Both the position numbers and the translations under genes were made by a program. From Eledone cirrhosa (lineage: Eukaryota): a DNA stretch of 64,000 bases. The notes beneath the pieces are model-generated. The model had not been told where the DNA came from. It saw nothing but the letters and a program-made list of their open reading frames with translations, and searched no databases. This document shows positions 27,319 through 41,194 of the stretch, piece after piece (the stretch's first letter is position 1; every line of letters begins with the position of its first letter). The stretch covers positions 47,244,001-47,308,000 of the forward strand of contig OZ024750.1 of NCBI GenBank assembly GCA_964016885.1, in the 5' to 3' direction.

Positions 27319-30300
27319 TAATATAATTAAATATCCATCAGGCGCCGTATACGCTCAAGTGTCGGTCATGTTGTTCGCTTGAGATATATTCCTAGCACCA
27401 TAGAAATAAGGACTGCAAAGTTTATATAGTTCGAGAAAGAAACGTGGTTTTAAGATTATTTGCAATATTTGCAATTTCGTTTTCTCTCAATATATTTCAT
27501 GAATAGTATTTATTTTCTTCTTCCTTTCTTTCGTAAAACGAAGAATATGAACACAATATAAAGAAAAAGAATTATGTGTATCATATTCTTGATAATCAGT
27601 GTATAGAGAGACATTTTATATGAAACGTTGCATAAATATCACCTAACACGTGTTCCTGCTGGTAGCTATATCTGGTTTTTGCGAAAGTGAACAATTTTCT
27701 TGGTGCCGTTCAAAGTATAAGTTCAGGCCACGAAACGCTATAAGGGGGCGTCATTCAATACAATAATCATTCATATTTGACTGCAACTACCATATAAAAT
27801 CCATTTATCCAACGAAGCTTTTATTTCTTTCTTCTTTATTTATCTATTTATTTTTATGTTATTTCATTTATTTTGTTTATTATTATACTGAACATTTTAA
27901 TTTGCAATTCTATTTCTAGATTAAGCAATTCTACAGATGGTCTTTATCTCTCCTATTAATATTGATTTTGGTTACATAGAAAAACAACGTCCAGTCGTTT
28001 TATACAACAAGACGCATACATCATTTTTTCACGTCACTTAGAAAGAAGGAAATAAAATAAAACAATGTTAAAATATAATAAAACTCATGATTCGGAATAA
28101 AAAAATACTGACTACAGCATTTATATGATAAATGATTTTTTATCAGTTATTTTTTTATATACAATGATAATGATGTTATCGCTATTAGAATACTTCTCAG
28201 CTCAGATGTAAATTTGAACCTATTAGATTATTGAAGTCACCTTCATATCTTGGTCCAAATCAGGGTTACGGTAGGTTGATTTGACAAACAAAATAAACAT
28301 AAATTGTCTAGTATTAATTATTTATAATCGTCGATTTCCTGACATATGGAGATCCTCCGTCATTTCCGACGACGAGTATTCCATTTGATGCAAGAAATGG
28401 CATTGCCTGCTTGGAAGATTAACGGGCATATGGCTGAGCATTCAATAATCACGTGCACCATTCTAGTTATTCTCAGGGAGATTCATCATGAAATAATGTG
28501 ACAGGCTGGGTTCTTTAATTTGCATGTACAATTAATTTTCGTCAGCCTAGTGGACTGGTAAAATGTGAAATAATGTGTCTTGCTAAAGGGCGTATGCACC
28601 CAACTGGTCCAACAATTGAAACCACGGCCTTCCGTTTGTAAGTCGAACACCTTAACCATTAAGCTACGTCACTGCAGAACAACGAATATATAAACTCAGA
28701 ATTGGGCAATCAGGCACAGGTTCATGAATATCTGTTTTTATAGAGTCTGAAGAGATTCAGTAGACATGATACTTTGAAGGCACTGCCAGTGTTCTTCTAT
28801 ATAGTCTTATATATATGCCCATGTAATTAATGTTCCATTTTCTATGCACGGATTTACATAAAACAATGTCAAGGTCAATAGATATGATGGACAATATAGA
28901 TAAGACGGACAGGTAAGATGGTTAGATAGATAAAAAAAAAAAGACAGATCCGATGGATCGATAGCAGAGACAATTGACAGAGACAATTACCGCAAGGATA
29001 TAGCTGCCCACTGCATATCATCCTCAAAACATATGTATGATATGATGAAGCCATATGTGTGAATGAAATTTATGTTTAACAACCACAAAGTACTCCAATG
29101 GCTTCATGAGAGTGACACTCCTTGAACATCACTGTCTCTGCAACATCATGATACATAATAGTGTCAGCTGCATTTGGTTGAAGGAAAGAAGGTGCGATTG
29201 TGTGTAAGAGCGAATAATGCGGAGGGAAAGACCGAGGGAGTGATGTTAAAGCGAGAGAAAGTGCATGTTTATATCCTTTTCCGATGTATATTTTTGAAAT
29301 ATTTACAGTCGGCTGTCAAAGCCGAAATTCGAAGAACCTAGACATATTTGTTCAGCATCGAATTATAAATGCCACCTAACCCATCCCACCGCAAGAAAAT
29401 GCTATAAGTTGATTATTTCGCACTCGAATAATGATAACCCATGGTTCTATACTTCAGAAATTACAATATAAAATAGCGTTTAATTAAATGCTTCCAGTTA
29501 TGATTAAATAACATGCAGTTAAGGGGGATTTGACGTAAAAGAGAGTTAAACTGTTAAACTCCACCTAAAAACGTGTATCCTTGTACCAACGTTATAAATC
29601 AATAATCGCTATCCATGTTTGCATTGTAATCTTCTTTGAGCCGACTTTGCTTTATGTATGTTCTGTGTCGATAAATTAAGCACCCTCTATTTACTGGAGT
29701 TGATCCAACCAACTTAACGCCTATGGCTATGTGTCAATGCTAGTAATCAATACCATATTCTACTTTATTACTTAGTTGTTATTTTTATATATAATACGAG
29801 TCATGTTTACGTACACGGTCATTTAAACAATTTATCTCTTAGCAAACAACATGCGTCAAGGGCTGTTTCGTCAACAAGTGTTTATTTCATTTCATTTCTA
29901 TACGATAGAGACTGTGCAACAGAAGTGATTTTATTTTAGGTCAATAATTGATTAGAAATTATATGTTTAGAGAGAGATACGCCACGCATGTCTGCGATAT
30001 TTACTTGAATTGGTTTGTAGCCAACAGCTATACATGTACAGACTATTATAAACATATAAATTGTACAATGATTCACATCGCACTTTATTTTGTACATTTT
30101 AACGATCGATAAAATTCCATTCACCACTCTACATAGCTCATAATAATGTTGCTGTTACTTATCAAAGCGTTCCATAGCGTTAAATGACAGAGCATAAACT
30201 CTAACAGTTGGGGGAACAACAGTTCATTGTGAGGCCACGTTCAGTTTGTTGAATATTTTCCAGTAAATTAAAACGTGGTATAAAACTAAACTTTGAAGAA

Positions 30301-30903
30301 TAATATACATATACTTATAATGAGCGACATCAATTAATACTTAAATTTGTCGAACTCAAACAATTGAAAAAAATAAAATAGATTGACATACACATGTAAC
30401 TATGTATGTATGTATGTATGTATGTATGTATGTATGTATGTATGTACGTATGTATGTATGTATGTATGTATGTACGTATGTACGTATGTATATATACATA
30501 TGATTGTATGTATATATATAGATATGAGTGTGTAGATGCATTATATCTGTATATATGCTCATATATAACTTGAAATCATTCGAGCCCTTTAAGAAAACTA
30601 TTAAAATGTTGTTGATATACATCCACTATCTATCCACCGAACATATATCATCAAATATCTACCCGTAGCTATTACATGAGAATAGGATGGGTTTAATCTT
30701 CACCTACGAAATCATATGACTGCTGAATTCTACATGAGAAAATATCTCAGAGGGGAGATCATGAAGGGATTTAGTACTTACCAACATCTACGAACATACC
30801 CTATGTAGAGGATGAATACTGTCATGCAATACTAAGGTTTGACCTTCACACTTTCATATTGCATAATCATAACATAAAGGTGAGCTACTGTTCGATCAGT
30901 ATC

Positions 30904-31224
30904 ATTTGTAGTACGTACATTATTACTCAGTACAAGGACGGTGAATTGGCAGTATTGGTAGAGGGTCGGACACCATGCTTTGACGCATAGAGTTACGGTC
31001 TTTGCCATTCTGAGTTCAAATCCCGCCGAGGTTAACTTTGCCTTTCATCCTTACGGGGTCGATAAAATAAAGTACCAGTAATGTACTGGGTAATTGCTGG
31101 CCTTATGTCAATAGTAGAAACAATTATTACTCAGTACATTACTGGTAAAATAAAGTAGCAGTAATGTACTGAGTAATTACTGGCTTTGTGCCAAAAGTAG
31201 AAACAAGTATTTGTAGTACGTACA
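30904..31224 (+). mobile_element. Full-length Meta-domain SINE (about 30937-31125) nested with a SINE 3' fragment
   Basis: Two duplicated flanks: ttattactcagtaca (30920/31124) and atttgtagtacgtaca (30904/31209). Confidence 0.88.
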
Positions 31225-31603
31225 ACTCGCCATTTCTCACTAAAGTGATTCAATTGTACGCTGTAATTAATATCAACATATATTCTCATATTACGCCCCA
31301 TTTATCGAGCAGACGTCTTTTCAAAGACAGCCGACTCTTAATTATTATTATTTTCTTATCATTTTAGTCATAATGGATCTATGACAATATTATTAAATCT
31401 GTTATTTATCCCTCCGATATGAGGGGAAATGTACTGCTATTTCTCTCAGTTTGTGGTAGCAGTAACGAACTGCTCCTTGAATTTCCATTAAAGTGTCTTA
31501 GCCCCAGATAGAATGCATCGATCGAGAAATTGAAATAATATCAATTAATTAATCATCCCCTATCGTATGGATTCTTTCATTAACTATCTTTCTTTGGCAC
31601 AAC

Positions 31604-31606
<3 letters not shown>

Positions 31607-31676
<70 letters not shown>
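31607..31676. repeat. (CT)n microsatellite
   Basis: Direct reading. Confidence 0.97.
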
Positions 31677-31680
<4 letters not shown>

Positions 31681-32456
31681 CTCTTTTAACAGTAGCGATT
31701 AAATCTTCCCAACAAAATTGGTATGAAATTTCGTGTTGATAATTGAAACCATCAACGTTAATACTTTTATGTACAACTTGTTAATCAGTGCAATAACTGT
31801 CTCTTTTGTGGATAATGCATTTAACATTTCCAAACGCTTTTCGCCTCTTCTCGTATAATAATATGTTGCTGTGTTTTCATGATAGCACTAAAAGTTTTAA
31901 AAGCAGGTATAATAGGAAAGTGAATAATATACCTAAAGATGGCCTGAAGATTAAATTGTCAGTCACCGTGTCAATAAAAACAAACGTAAGCATGGATATA
32001 TGCAGAAAGACACACTATCACTGTGCACGCTCCTTGAATCTAAACAATAGAATTAATATCAGGATTTAATGTTTATCGAAATGATTTATTCATGAGAAAT
32101 TATTTTATTATCTATCAATGGCATTCTTAAAGATTATTGATTTCATTGGGAGTAAATTTTAGCATATTTCATAATTCATAAAACTTTGATAAGAGTAGAG
32201 ATGATAAACAGCATAAAATTAATGTAAATTTAGCAATAAAAACATTCTGTTATAACATTCGTTACAATAAATGCCACAGCTCTATGTTTATGAAACAATA
32301 TGTTGTGACATTCGCACAAGTTTTAATGGTTTTAGCATAGATTTGAGTGATCACCTCAAAGTATATAAAAGCACAATGAAACGATCCATGAGGAAATTCA
32401 AACACGAGAAAATCAAAATATGAAACAAAGAAATATATTCCACTAGAAACAAACAT

Positions 32457-32521
<65 letters not shown>

Positions 32522-32669
32522 CTTACACAGTACTTATACACATGTATTGTGTAGAGAAATTCAAAATATTATGTTCTGAATGTTACGCAATTTTTTACAA
32601 TCGGTTTCACTCACACAGATAGTTTTAATGTAATTATAACATAAACACACACACATATATTTATACACA

Positions 32670-32765
<96 letters not shown>

Positions 32766-32806
32766 CCACACACATATATATATATATATATATATACACA
32801 CCCACC

Positions 32807-32845
<39 letters not shown>

Positions 32846-34683
32846 AGAGAGAGAGAGAGATAGAGAGAGAGAGTGAGAAAGAGAGAGAGAGAGAAATATT
32901 GGTAGACAGACAAGTAGACATATATTTCATTGTGTATATAAATACGTTTATAAATATGCATTTCAGAACCATTACTAACGTCTTTATTTTTAAGTGGTAA
33001 GGTATATTAATGACTTAAACTCAAGTTATTAGTCACAATTATAAAGTTAAATGGAAACTACTACACTGCACTTGTAACTTTCCAAAGTACAATGACTTGA
33101 ATGCAGTCATTGAAGTTTAATGCAAAAACAATACATTTTCAGTTTTCTTGGTGCAAATCTTTTCAATATAACGTATCATATAATTTGAAAGAAGTCCTTG
33201 AGACTAAAATAAAACGAGTCTCGCCGTTATTGTGTTAACAATATGGAGGCATCTCCGGGAAAAAACGAATTTCTTATTTCCTAAAAAAATGATATCATTT
33301 AGACACACTGTGTATCTCAGAATAAAAAAAGTGAATTGTTAGACAACAATATAGAAACCAGCTTTAGAACTGAGATATATTGATTTCAGAAGCGCACAGA
33401 TATTTCAGAAGCATTGATAACATTCACACTCAGATTCAAAGAACCTTTAAAAAATATATATTGGCTCTAAGCTCTTAACTTAATAGGTGTGGCTTGTACA
33501 GTCACTTCCCGATTATTTTCAAAGTAAATAGATGCAATGTATAGAAATAAACAAAACACTTATTGATTAAACAGTTAAATCAGATGCGTTTGTCGCTTTC
33601 CCCTCTGGGAATACATATATATGTGTTTTTAAATTGCCTTTGATAATAATTATTATCATTTGTGTAAAATGTAAACTACACAATTAAATTGGTCGGATAT
33701 TTCTAGTGAATGAAGCAAACAGTTTGTTAGCGATTTGTATTTGTCAACAAAATAATCGTAGACATAACAGAGGATTGCCCCTTTTTTTATCATAAATAAA
33801 ATCAAAACATGCTATCTGAATTCTCACGGAACAATACCGCTCTTTATGTAAAGGCATGTTTACAATGGACTCCATTACCTTGAATGAACTTCAAAATGAT
33901 ATTATATTTCTTTCATATCAAAAATAATTTTCTGTTTGGCATGTATTTCCTTTCGGAACAGGTTATTATAAATCTTCCGATAACAATTCATGGAAAACAA
34001 TTATCTTTTCTCATATCAATGCCAGAAATAAATGCCGGTTTTTTAATAGAAACATCTGGCTATGTTCTATACCTAAATTCGTATCAAATGCGCAATAATT
34101 TCTCAAAATTCTGTATCGAGAAGAATGCTTCTTGTAATACCATGCTTCATTTCGATAATATGACGTAGAATCCATTTCAGTATTTAGAAAATGCAGAACA
34201 TATTTGATTACATGAGAAGTTCTTCAATGGATCCTATATATTACATGGTATGATATATATATATTTATATATATATATATATATCCATTCAATTCATATA
34301 AGATATGCTCTGTATAGAAATAGGATGCAGAGAATCGGAGGCATATTTGCTGAAGCTGAAGGCAATATGATCGATCAATATGAACCATAATTGCTAAGTG
34401 TTGAGACGATTGTGGTTCCGATATTGACAACACTCGGGAACGCTTGAAAGATTTAGCTCAGGAAATATTGCATTACATATTTTGCGATATATTAATGAGT
34501 AGGAAGTGAAAAAGAAATTAAATGAATTCGTGTTTCGAACTGTAAACAACAATGGAAATAAAATAAAAAACTTTAGCGCATATGTTTAATGTAAATTTAT
34601 CTGTTCTTATACCATTATATTAGCATATACACACACACCCACACGCTTACATGCACAAACCAAATTACACACACACATACACC

Positions 34684-34721
<38 letters not shown>

Positions 34722-34722
34722 A

Positions 34723-34770
<48 letters not shown>

Positions 34771-35600
34771 TTAACACGGCCAAATGCAAATGAAGAAATA
34801 AACATTCTTGCTATAGATAACTTTCTTTATATTTATTATGTGAAAACTAAATTCACGTCTTCGAAAATAGTAACTTATAAGAAAAATGAGAAATTTGCTG
34901 CAGGCATAGATGTGTGGTTAATAAGTACGATTCACAACAACAGTCTATTTTCTCTAGAGAAACTTCAGATTAAATATATCGATATTTATTTGGGGCCCAT
35001 GTTCTTTGAAGTCAAAGGAGCTAGCTCAATTCTGCTTTGCCTAATTTGGGGATCGAGAAATGAGAAGACAGTTGCAGTGTTTTGGTGGAATCGTTATAAA
35101 GTTGGATGGAAGGTTTCGCAGTATTTATTCCGGGTTTATATATTCTGGGAACAAAGCGCCCTTCCTGTCAAAGGATACACCTACATGCTTCAGCAAGGTG
35201 TAATCTGGAGAGAGAATAATCAATGGATTTATCCAAGAAAACTGTTTCTTTGTCTGCTATAATGATATACTCCATTCTTATCCGCTGCAAATTAGTGATA
35301 TTTGCTGGCGGGAAACATCTAAATACAGCGCCTGAGGATTGCCTGATATTCAAATACTCTCATAAACTTTGAATGTTTTTAGCTAAGATAATTTTCTTGG
35401 AAGGATTTGGCACAGAACACGATTCGAAGGAAATTTATATATCTCAGATTTTACATCTTAGGCTTTAAAAATGGTTATGGGATTTGACATACATGAATAT
35501 AATTAAAATACATATGCTTCAATTGTAATATAGATAAATCTCAACCACACCCATGTTACCCACGAGGAATATATATATATGTATATATATATGTATATGT

Positions 35601-36676
35601 AGTGCAAATTTATAGGGGAACAACGCAGAGAGGCAGACAAATAAAGGTTTATAGGGTTCACGCTTTTGAGAGTGGGGGTGGGGAACGACGTTTCGGGCAT
35701 AAGCCATTCTTCAGGAGTAAATAGGTTAGGAAGAGAGTTCAGAGTGTGTTTGGAAATACATTTAGAAAAAAGGGGGAAGGAGAGGAAAAAAAAAAAATAA
35801 ACGTAAAAATAAACATAAGAATAAACAATAAGATGGACAAGTGGTGGAAGGGTGTGAGGCGTGTAAGGGTGGCGGCGGGTGGAGTCGGGAGAGGGAGGCA
35901 GGGAGTCGAAGCGAGGAAGGCTAAAGGTGGTGTTTGTGTATGTGCGTGTGTGTGCGTATGTATATGAGAGTTTGCGGAAGAACGAGGTTCCATGTTCAGG
36001 AAAAGGTCTATGCTTGGGATGGGGTGTAAGTTGGTGTGTGCGTGCGTGTGGAAGGAGAGGGGTCAGAGGTGGGGGAGGTGGCGTGTGGATTCCGGAGGTT
36101 GTGTATATGTTAGGGTACGCACGTGTGTGTTTGTGTTTATATGTGGATGTGGGAGGCGTGGTGCGAAAAAAATGTGTGTGTATATGTTCGTGGGTAAGGT
36201 GCTGAGGTAGTTCCGTCAGATGTGTGGAGAGCTACTGGATATTTTTCAAGATATGGAATGGATGGTTGGAGAGATGACCGAAGGTGTAGAATCCAAAGTT
36301 GGTGGTAGGAAGTGGCGGGAAGTGGGGTGCGCGCGCAACAGTAAATGGTCAGAGGGTCACGGCAGGGTGTAGAAACAGCAGTAGAATGGGATGAAGATAT
36401 AGCAGTAGAGTGGGATGACAAGTGGAGTGAGGTGAAGACTGTGTGTGGGAAGGTGCGGTTAGTATGTTAGTTATGGGATGGGCCAGGGGGTTGAAAGTGG
36501 AAGTGTTTTAGAGGTGTTAGTGGGGAAAGGGTGAAGCGATGTTTGGGCGTTCGAATACTAAAGTAATAGGGGTGGGGAGTTCAGGCCAGGGGGTGCGTGG
36601 GTCTGGTGGGTGAAGAAGGTGCGTTGTTAGACTGTGAGGCGGGTGGCGGGTGTTCCATGGCATTGGAGAAGGCCAC
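35601..36676 (-). mobile_element. 5'-truncated PLE (Neptune-like C-terminus) with long 3' UTR and HHR
   Basis: Minus-strand peptide CGLLQCHGTPATRLTV*QRTFFTHQTHAP-(frameshift)-GLN at about 36570-36676 fits the EQxxIFxLxTxxPxGLN end of PLE GIY-YIG domains; TA-rich flanks. Confidence 0.75.
35684..35718 (-). ncRNA. Minimal hammerhead ribozyme
   Basis: ctc-CTGAAGA-at-ggc ttat gcc-c-GAAA-CG-TC. Stem I is weak in this copy. Confidence 0.7.
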
Positions 36677-36820
36677 ATATATACATACTATCCGTTTATC
36701 GTTTTCGGTGCGCCCGGCCGATTAACTTACTCGATATGCAAATTAGGCTGCTCAGCCGTTAATACTCATAAGGAAAGTATATACTTTCAGACGTTCAATC
36801 ATCTGGGAGGAAGCTATATA

Positions 36821-36857
36821 TTGCTGACGATAGTTAATAAGCTTGAAACTAGTACAG
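36821..36857 (+). ncRNA. Minimal hammerhead ribozyme
   Basis: ttg-CTGACGA-t-agtt aata agct-t-GAAA-CTAG-TA-cag; palindromic ACTAGT stem III. Confidence 0.72.
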
Positions 36858-37121
36858 CGTTCCTTTGTCAGTGTTGAACACATGAGCAAATATGGTAACT
36901 AGACACTGTACGGCTTAAAAGGGGATGTTTGTTTACAAACACACCGAGCATTATAATAAATGTTCGGTGAATCCATACGTACATATATATATGTGTGCAT
37001 GTATGTATATATATATACATACTACTGTACGTCTGTATACATATATGTATGTACGTATACATACTTCTATTTAAGTAACAGCCGTACTAAGAGTGAGAAA
37101 TGAAAATTCGTTTCATTTTCC

Positions 37122-37196
<75 letters not shown>

Positions 37197-37201
<5 letters not shown>

Positions 37202-37509
37202 GAAGTAATTCCGTCGGAAAAGTCCAGGAAAAAAGAGTGCTCTATGTAGGTAACACAGCTTAATAGTTATGTAATAAACAGCATAATGCAATTATTTCAT
37301 TTACCAGTGGTTTCTTAAAAGCAAAAAAGTGTTGCTTTCAATCATCAGAATGAAAAAATCCTGGTTTATTTATTGGCATTGGATTTTAAAAACAAAAATA
37401 TAATCTATATGAAAGTGAGGCTGGAAAAGAAAGAAGGAAAGGAAAAGTAAACACACAGGCAAACACACACACATACACACAATTATATACATACACATAT
37501 ACATATACA

Positions 37510-37560
<51 letters not shown>

Positions 37561-38082
37561 ACATACATACACACACATACATATATATATACACACACAT
37601 ATATATATATATAAATATACACATGCATATACATACATATATACATACACACAATCATACATATATACACACGTACATACATACACATACATACACACAT
37701 ATATACACGCATACATACGCATGCACAAATATAGAAATATGTACACACACCTACATACTCACACACACAAATAAATATAAGAAAAAATATATAATAATAA
37801 AAATACCGTCACATAATTATAAAAATGAATATAAATAATATTATAGTGTTGACAGCGATACAGGCAACAAATAAATGAACAAACACACGTGGTAAGCAAT
37901 ACACACAATTGCACGTACACATACATACGTAAAAATAAATACATACACACACTCTCACACATATACATACATATACAAATACATATACACATACATACGC
38001 ATACACATATACATACACACACACACATATATATATACACACACACACATATATATATACACACACACACACATATATATAT

Positions 38083-38149
<67 letters not shown>

Positions 38150-38300
38150 CATATCCATACATACATACACATACATATACATACATATCACAAACACATA
38201 CAAATACAAACACACATATGTATATGTGTAAAACTTATTCTTAGATGTATTCATATGAACCTTGTTTAACTCTAAAATATATATATATACACATATATAC

Positions 38301-38333
<33 letters not shown>

Positions 38334-39018
38334 CCTACATACACGTATACATACACATACGTATGCATACATACATACACACACACACACATAAAATTAT
38401 ATATATATATAAGAAAGAACATAAATATTATATATATAAAAAAAAACTAAATATTGTAAATATAAAAATTAAAAATAAAAATAAAAATAAAAAGTTGGGA
38501 ATACGACAAATAATAAGTAAAAAAATAATTAGAAAAGGGTATAAATGTTTTAGCTGATTTAGAGCACTCAACAAGATCCTGGAGCAAATGATCAATGAAA
38601 ATAAGCATTAAATCACTGTATGTATGTGTGTATATATAGATTTAAATTGTGTGTGTGGGCGTGTGTATATTTGTGCGTGTATATGTATTTTTATATAAGT
38701 GTTTTGTGTGTATATATATAATAGCCTCAGAAACGGCTTGAGCTCTGCCGTGGTGTCATACTTTTTCTTATGTGTGTGTATATATATACGTATATGTATG
38801 TGTGTGTGTGTTTCTGTGTTTGTGTGTGTGTGTGTGTATGTATATATATGTATATATATATGTATGTGCATATGTATATGCATAATAACATATAGTGATT
38901 TAATGCTTATTTTCGTTGATCATTTGTTCCAGGACCTTGTTGAGTGTTCTAAATCAGCTATAAAACATTTATACCAATTTCTAATTATTGTTTTACTTAT
39001 TATTTGTCATATTCCCAC
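37197..39018 (-). mobile_element. Non-coding HHR element with partial inverted copy (38496-38622 / 38889-39018)
   Basis: HHR near the left end; inverted arms about 130 bp; family D fragment at 38724-38771 between the arms; right arm abuts the PLE at 39019. Confidence 0.65.
37295..37355 (-). ncRNA. Well-formed type-I hammerhead ribozyme
   Basis: tttcatt-CTGATGA-ttgaaagcaa/ttgcttttaa (10-bp stem II)-GAAA-CCACTGG-TA-aatgaaa (7-bp stem I). Confidence 0.88.
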
Positions 39019-40647
39019 TAGAGAGCACTAACAAGTTTGATTTAGAACGTAGCACAATGGAAAGCATCCAGCAGATAGCTAATTCCAAGCACCAGATTAT
39101 AACGGTAACTATCGACTACCCTTCCAAACACCCTAACAATAGACTACCTGTATTAGACACGGAACTCTGGATTAACAATATAGACGAGAGAGCCCAAATT
39201 CTCCACTCATACTATGCTAAACCCATGGCCTCCAAATACCTGATACTCAAAAACTCAGCAATGTCCAGTAGTGCTAAGTTTAATATTCTGATCGCAGATT
39301 TGGTACGAGTGATGAAGAATGTGTCCCACATGTGCGACCCAACAGAAATGGAAAGACACATCCAACACTTCATCAACCGCATGCAGTTCTCTGGCTACAA
39401 CCAGAGAGACAGAGTCAGAGTATACGAAGGAGCCATGGAGAAGTATAAGACATTCATAGAACTGGACATGAAAGGAATTTGCCCATTATACAGGAGCAAA
39501 TCATGGAATAGCTTAGATAGGGCTAGACATAAGATAGGGAAAGCCACCTCATGGTACGACAACCAGAGATACCAGAGTGTCATGTTTGTGGACGCTAACC
39601 CTGGAGGGGAATTAGCTAACCAGTGTAGAAAGGCCCTGAGAAAGACCCACTTAAAGATTAAGGTAGTAGAAAAGCCAGGAACCACCATAAAATCCCTGAT
39701 CAGCAAACCCTACCCTTTTAAGAAAATCCACTGTACTAATAGTAAATGTATCATATGTAAGGTAAACCCCCAGATAAACTGTAAAACTAGAAACGTAGTC
39801 TATAGCATAAGATGTACAGAGGGTACTTGCAGAAACATGACAACAACATACATAGGCGAGACAGCTCGTAGCATAGGTGAAAGGATAGACCAACACTGGG
39901 GGGAACTAATAGGACGAAAAAAAAACGGGTCAGTACTATAAGAACATGCCAGCCAACAACACGACGGTAACATAGACAACATAGAAATAAGAATAATATC
40001 TAAACATAGAAATGACCCAGCATATAGGCAAATCAGAGAGGCCAGTGAAATAGAACTTAGAAGGCCAAGGCTAAAGAGTAGAATGAATGGAATAACAACA
40101 ACACCCAAACAACGAACACTGACCTAAGAGAAGTATAAATAAATAAATAAATAAATAGATAAATAAATAAATAAATACATACACAAGCACAATAACAACA
40201 AACACATATAAACACACACTAGTAAAGATAGAATATATTAACCAATACACAGTCACCCAATCACGAACACACATCAAACAAAACACTATACACACGCGCA
40301 AACCCATTCGCAAAGAAGACAAAATAAAATAAACAAATAAATAAATATATAAACAGACTAAATAAAGATCGCGGAGAAAATACAATGTAACGGGAGGAAA
40401 CAATAGCACCACTGACGAAGTTGCAGATGTGCAACGAAAGAACGTTGATAAAGTATATATATGTGTTTGTGTCTAAATTGTATCTGTATCATTTTTGACC
40501 GTTGGTCAGTCAATGGCAACATTGAGGACCGAATAAATTAGATTACCGTTATAAAAGACACAGAAGCCAAAAGCGAAAACCAACCAAACAGTGAGTGTGT
40601 TTTGTTATTAATTTTGGAATCACTACACGAATATGACCCTCCCCAAT

Positions 40648-40650
<3 letters not shown>
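39019..40650 (+). mobile_element. 5'-truncated PLE related to 498-3570 (thumb + GIY-YIG, premature TAA at 39939-39941)
   Basis: TMESIQQIANS, IDYPSKHPNNRLPVLDTE, CTNSKCIIC, VVYSIRCTEG, YIGETARSIGERI; ends in (TA)n. Confidence 0.92.
40405..40450 (+). ncRNA. Hammerhead ribozyme-like core
   Basis: CTGACGA (40412-40418), gttgca/tgcaac, GAAA (40436-40439). Same relative position as the 3307 core, with a different but still paired stem II. Confidence 0.6.
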
Positions 40651-40741
<91 letters not shown>

Positions 40742-40779
40742 TATATATATATATATATATATATATTAATATATATATA

Positions 40780-41078
40780 GATTCACTACCAGAAAGGGAC
40801 ACAGCAGTCAACTTGTTGCTACCTAGATGAAAACTACTATGAAATCCCACAATGAATTTTATACTTGAATTTTCAAATCTCAAATTTTAACTCTTCGTAT
40901 TATTAATTTTTCTTAATAGTAATCAACATTTGAAAAGATGGCTTTTGCAGACCCATCGAAACCGGTCATTTTTTATACCCTTTATTCTTTCCTTACCTTA
41001 TAAAATTATATGTTTTTTCACAAAAAAGTATTCTGTCTCTTATATATTCCATGTGCCATTACCAACCTCAATTTTCTC
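40780..41078 (+). mobile_element. Short TA-flanked PLE 3' fragment with variant HHR (40930-40967)
   Basis: TTGAAAA-gatgg...ccatc-GAAA-CCGG-TC. Confidence 0.7.
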
Positions 41079-41120
41079 TATATTAATATATATATATTAA
41101 TATATATATATATATATATA

Positions 41121-41194
<74 letters not shown>

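Noticed and set aside
34651-35400. 203-aa plus-strand ORF, and minus-strand FHPTL/SFLD words suggesting a decayed PLE RT
   Set aside because: The ORF starts in microsatellite and has no motifs; the minus-strand similarity is too fragmentary to call.
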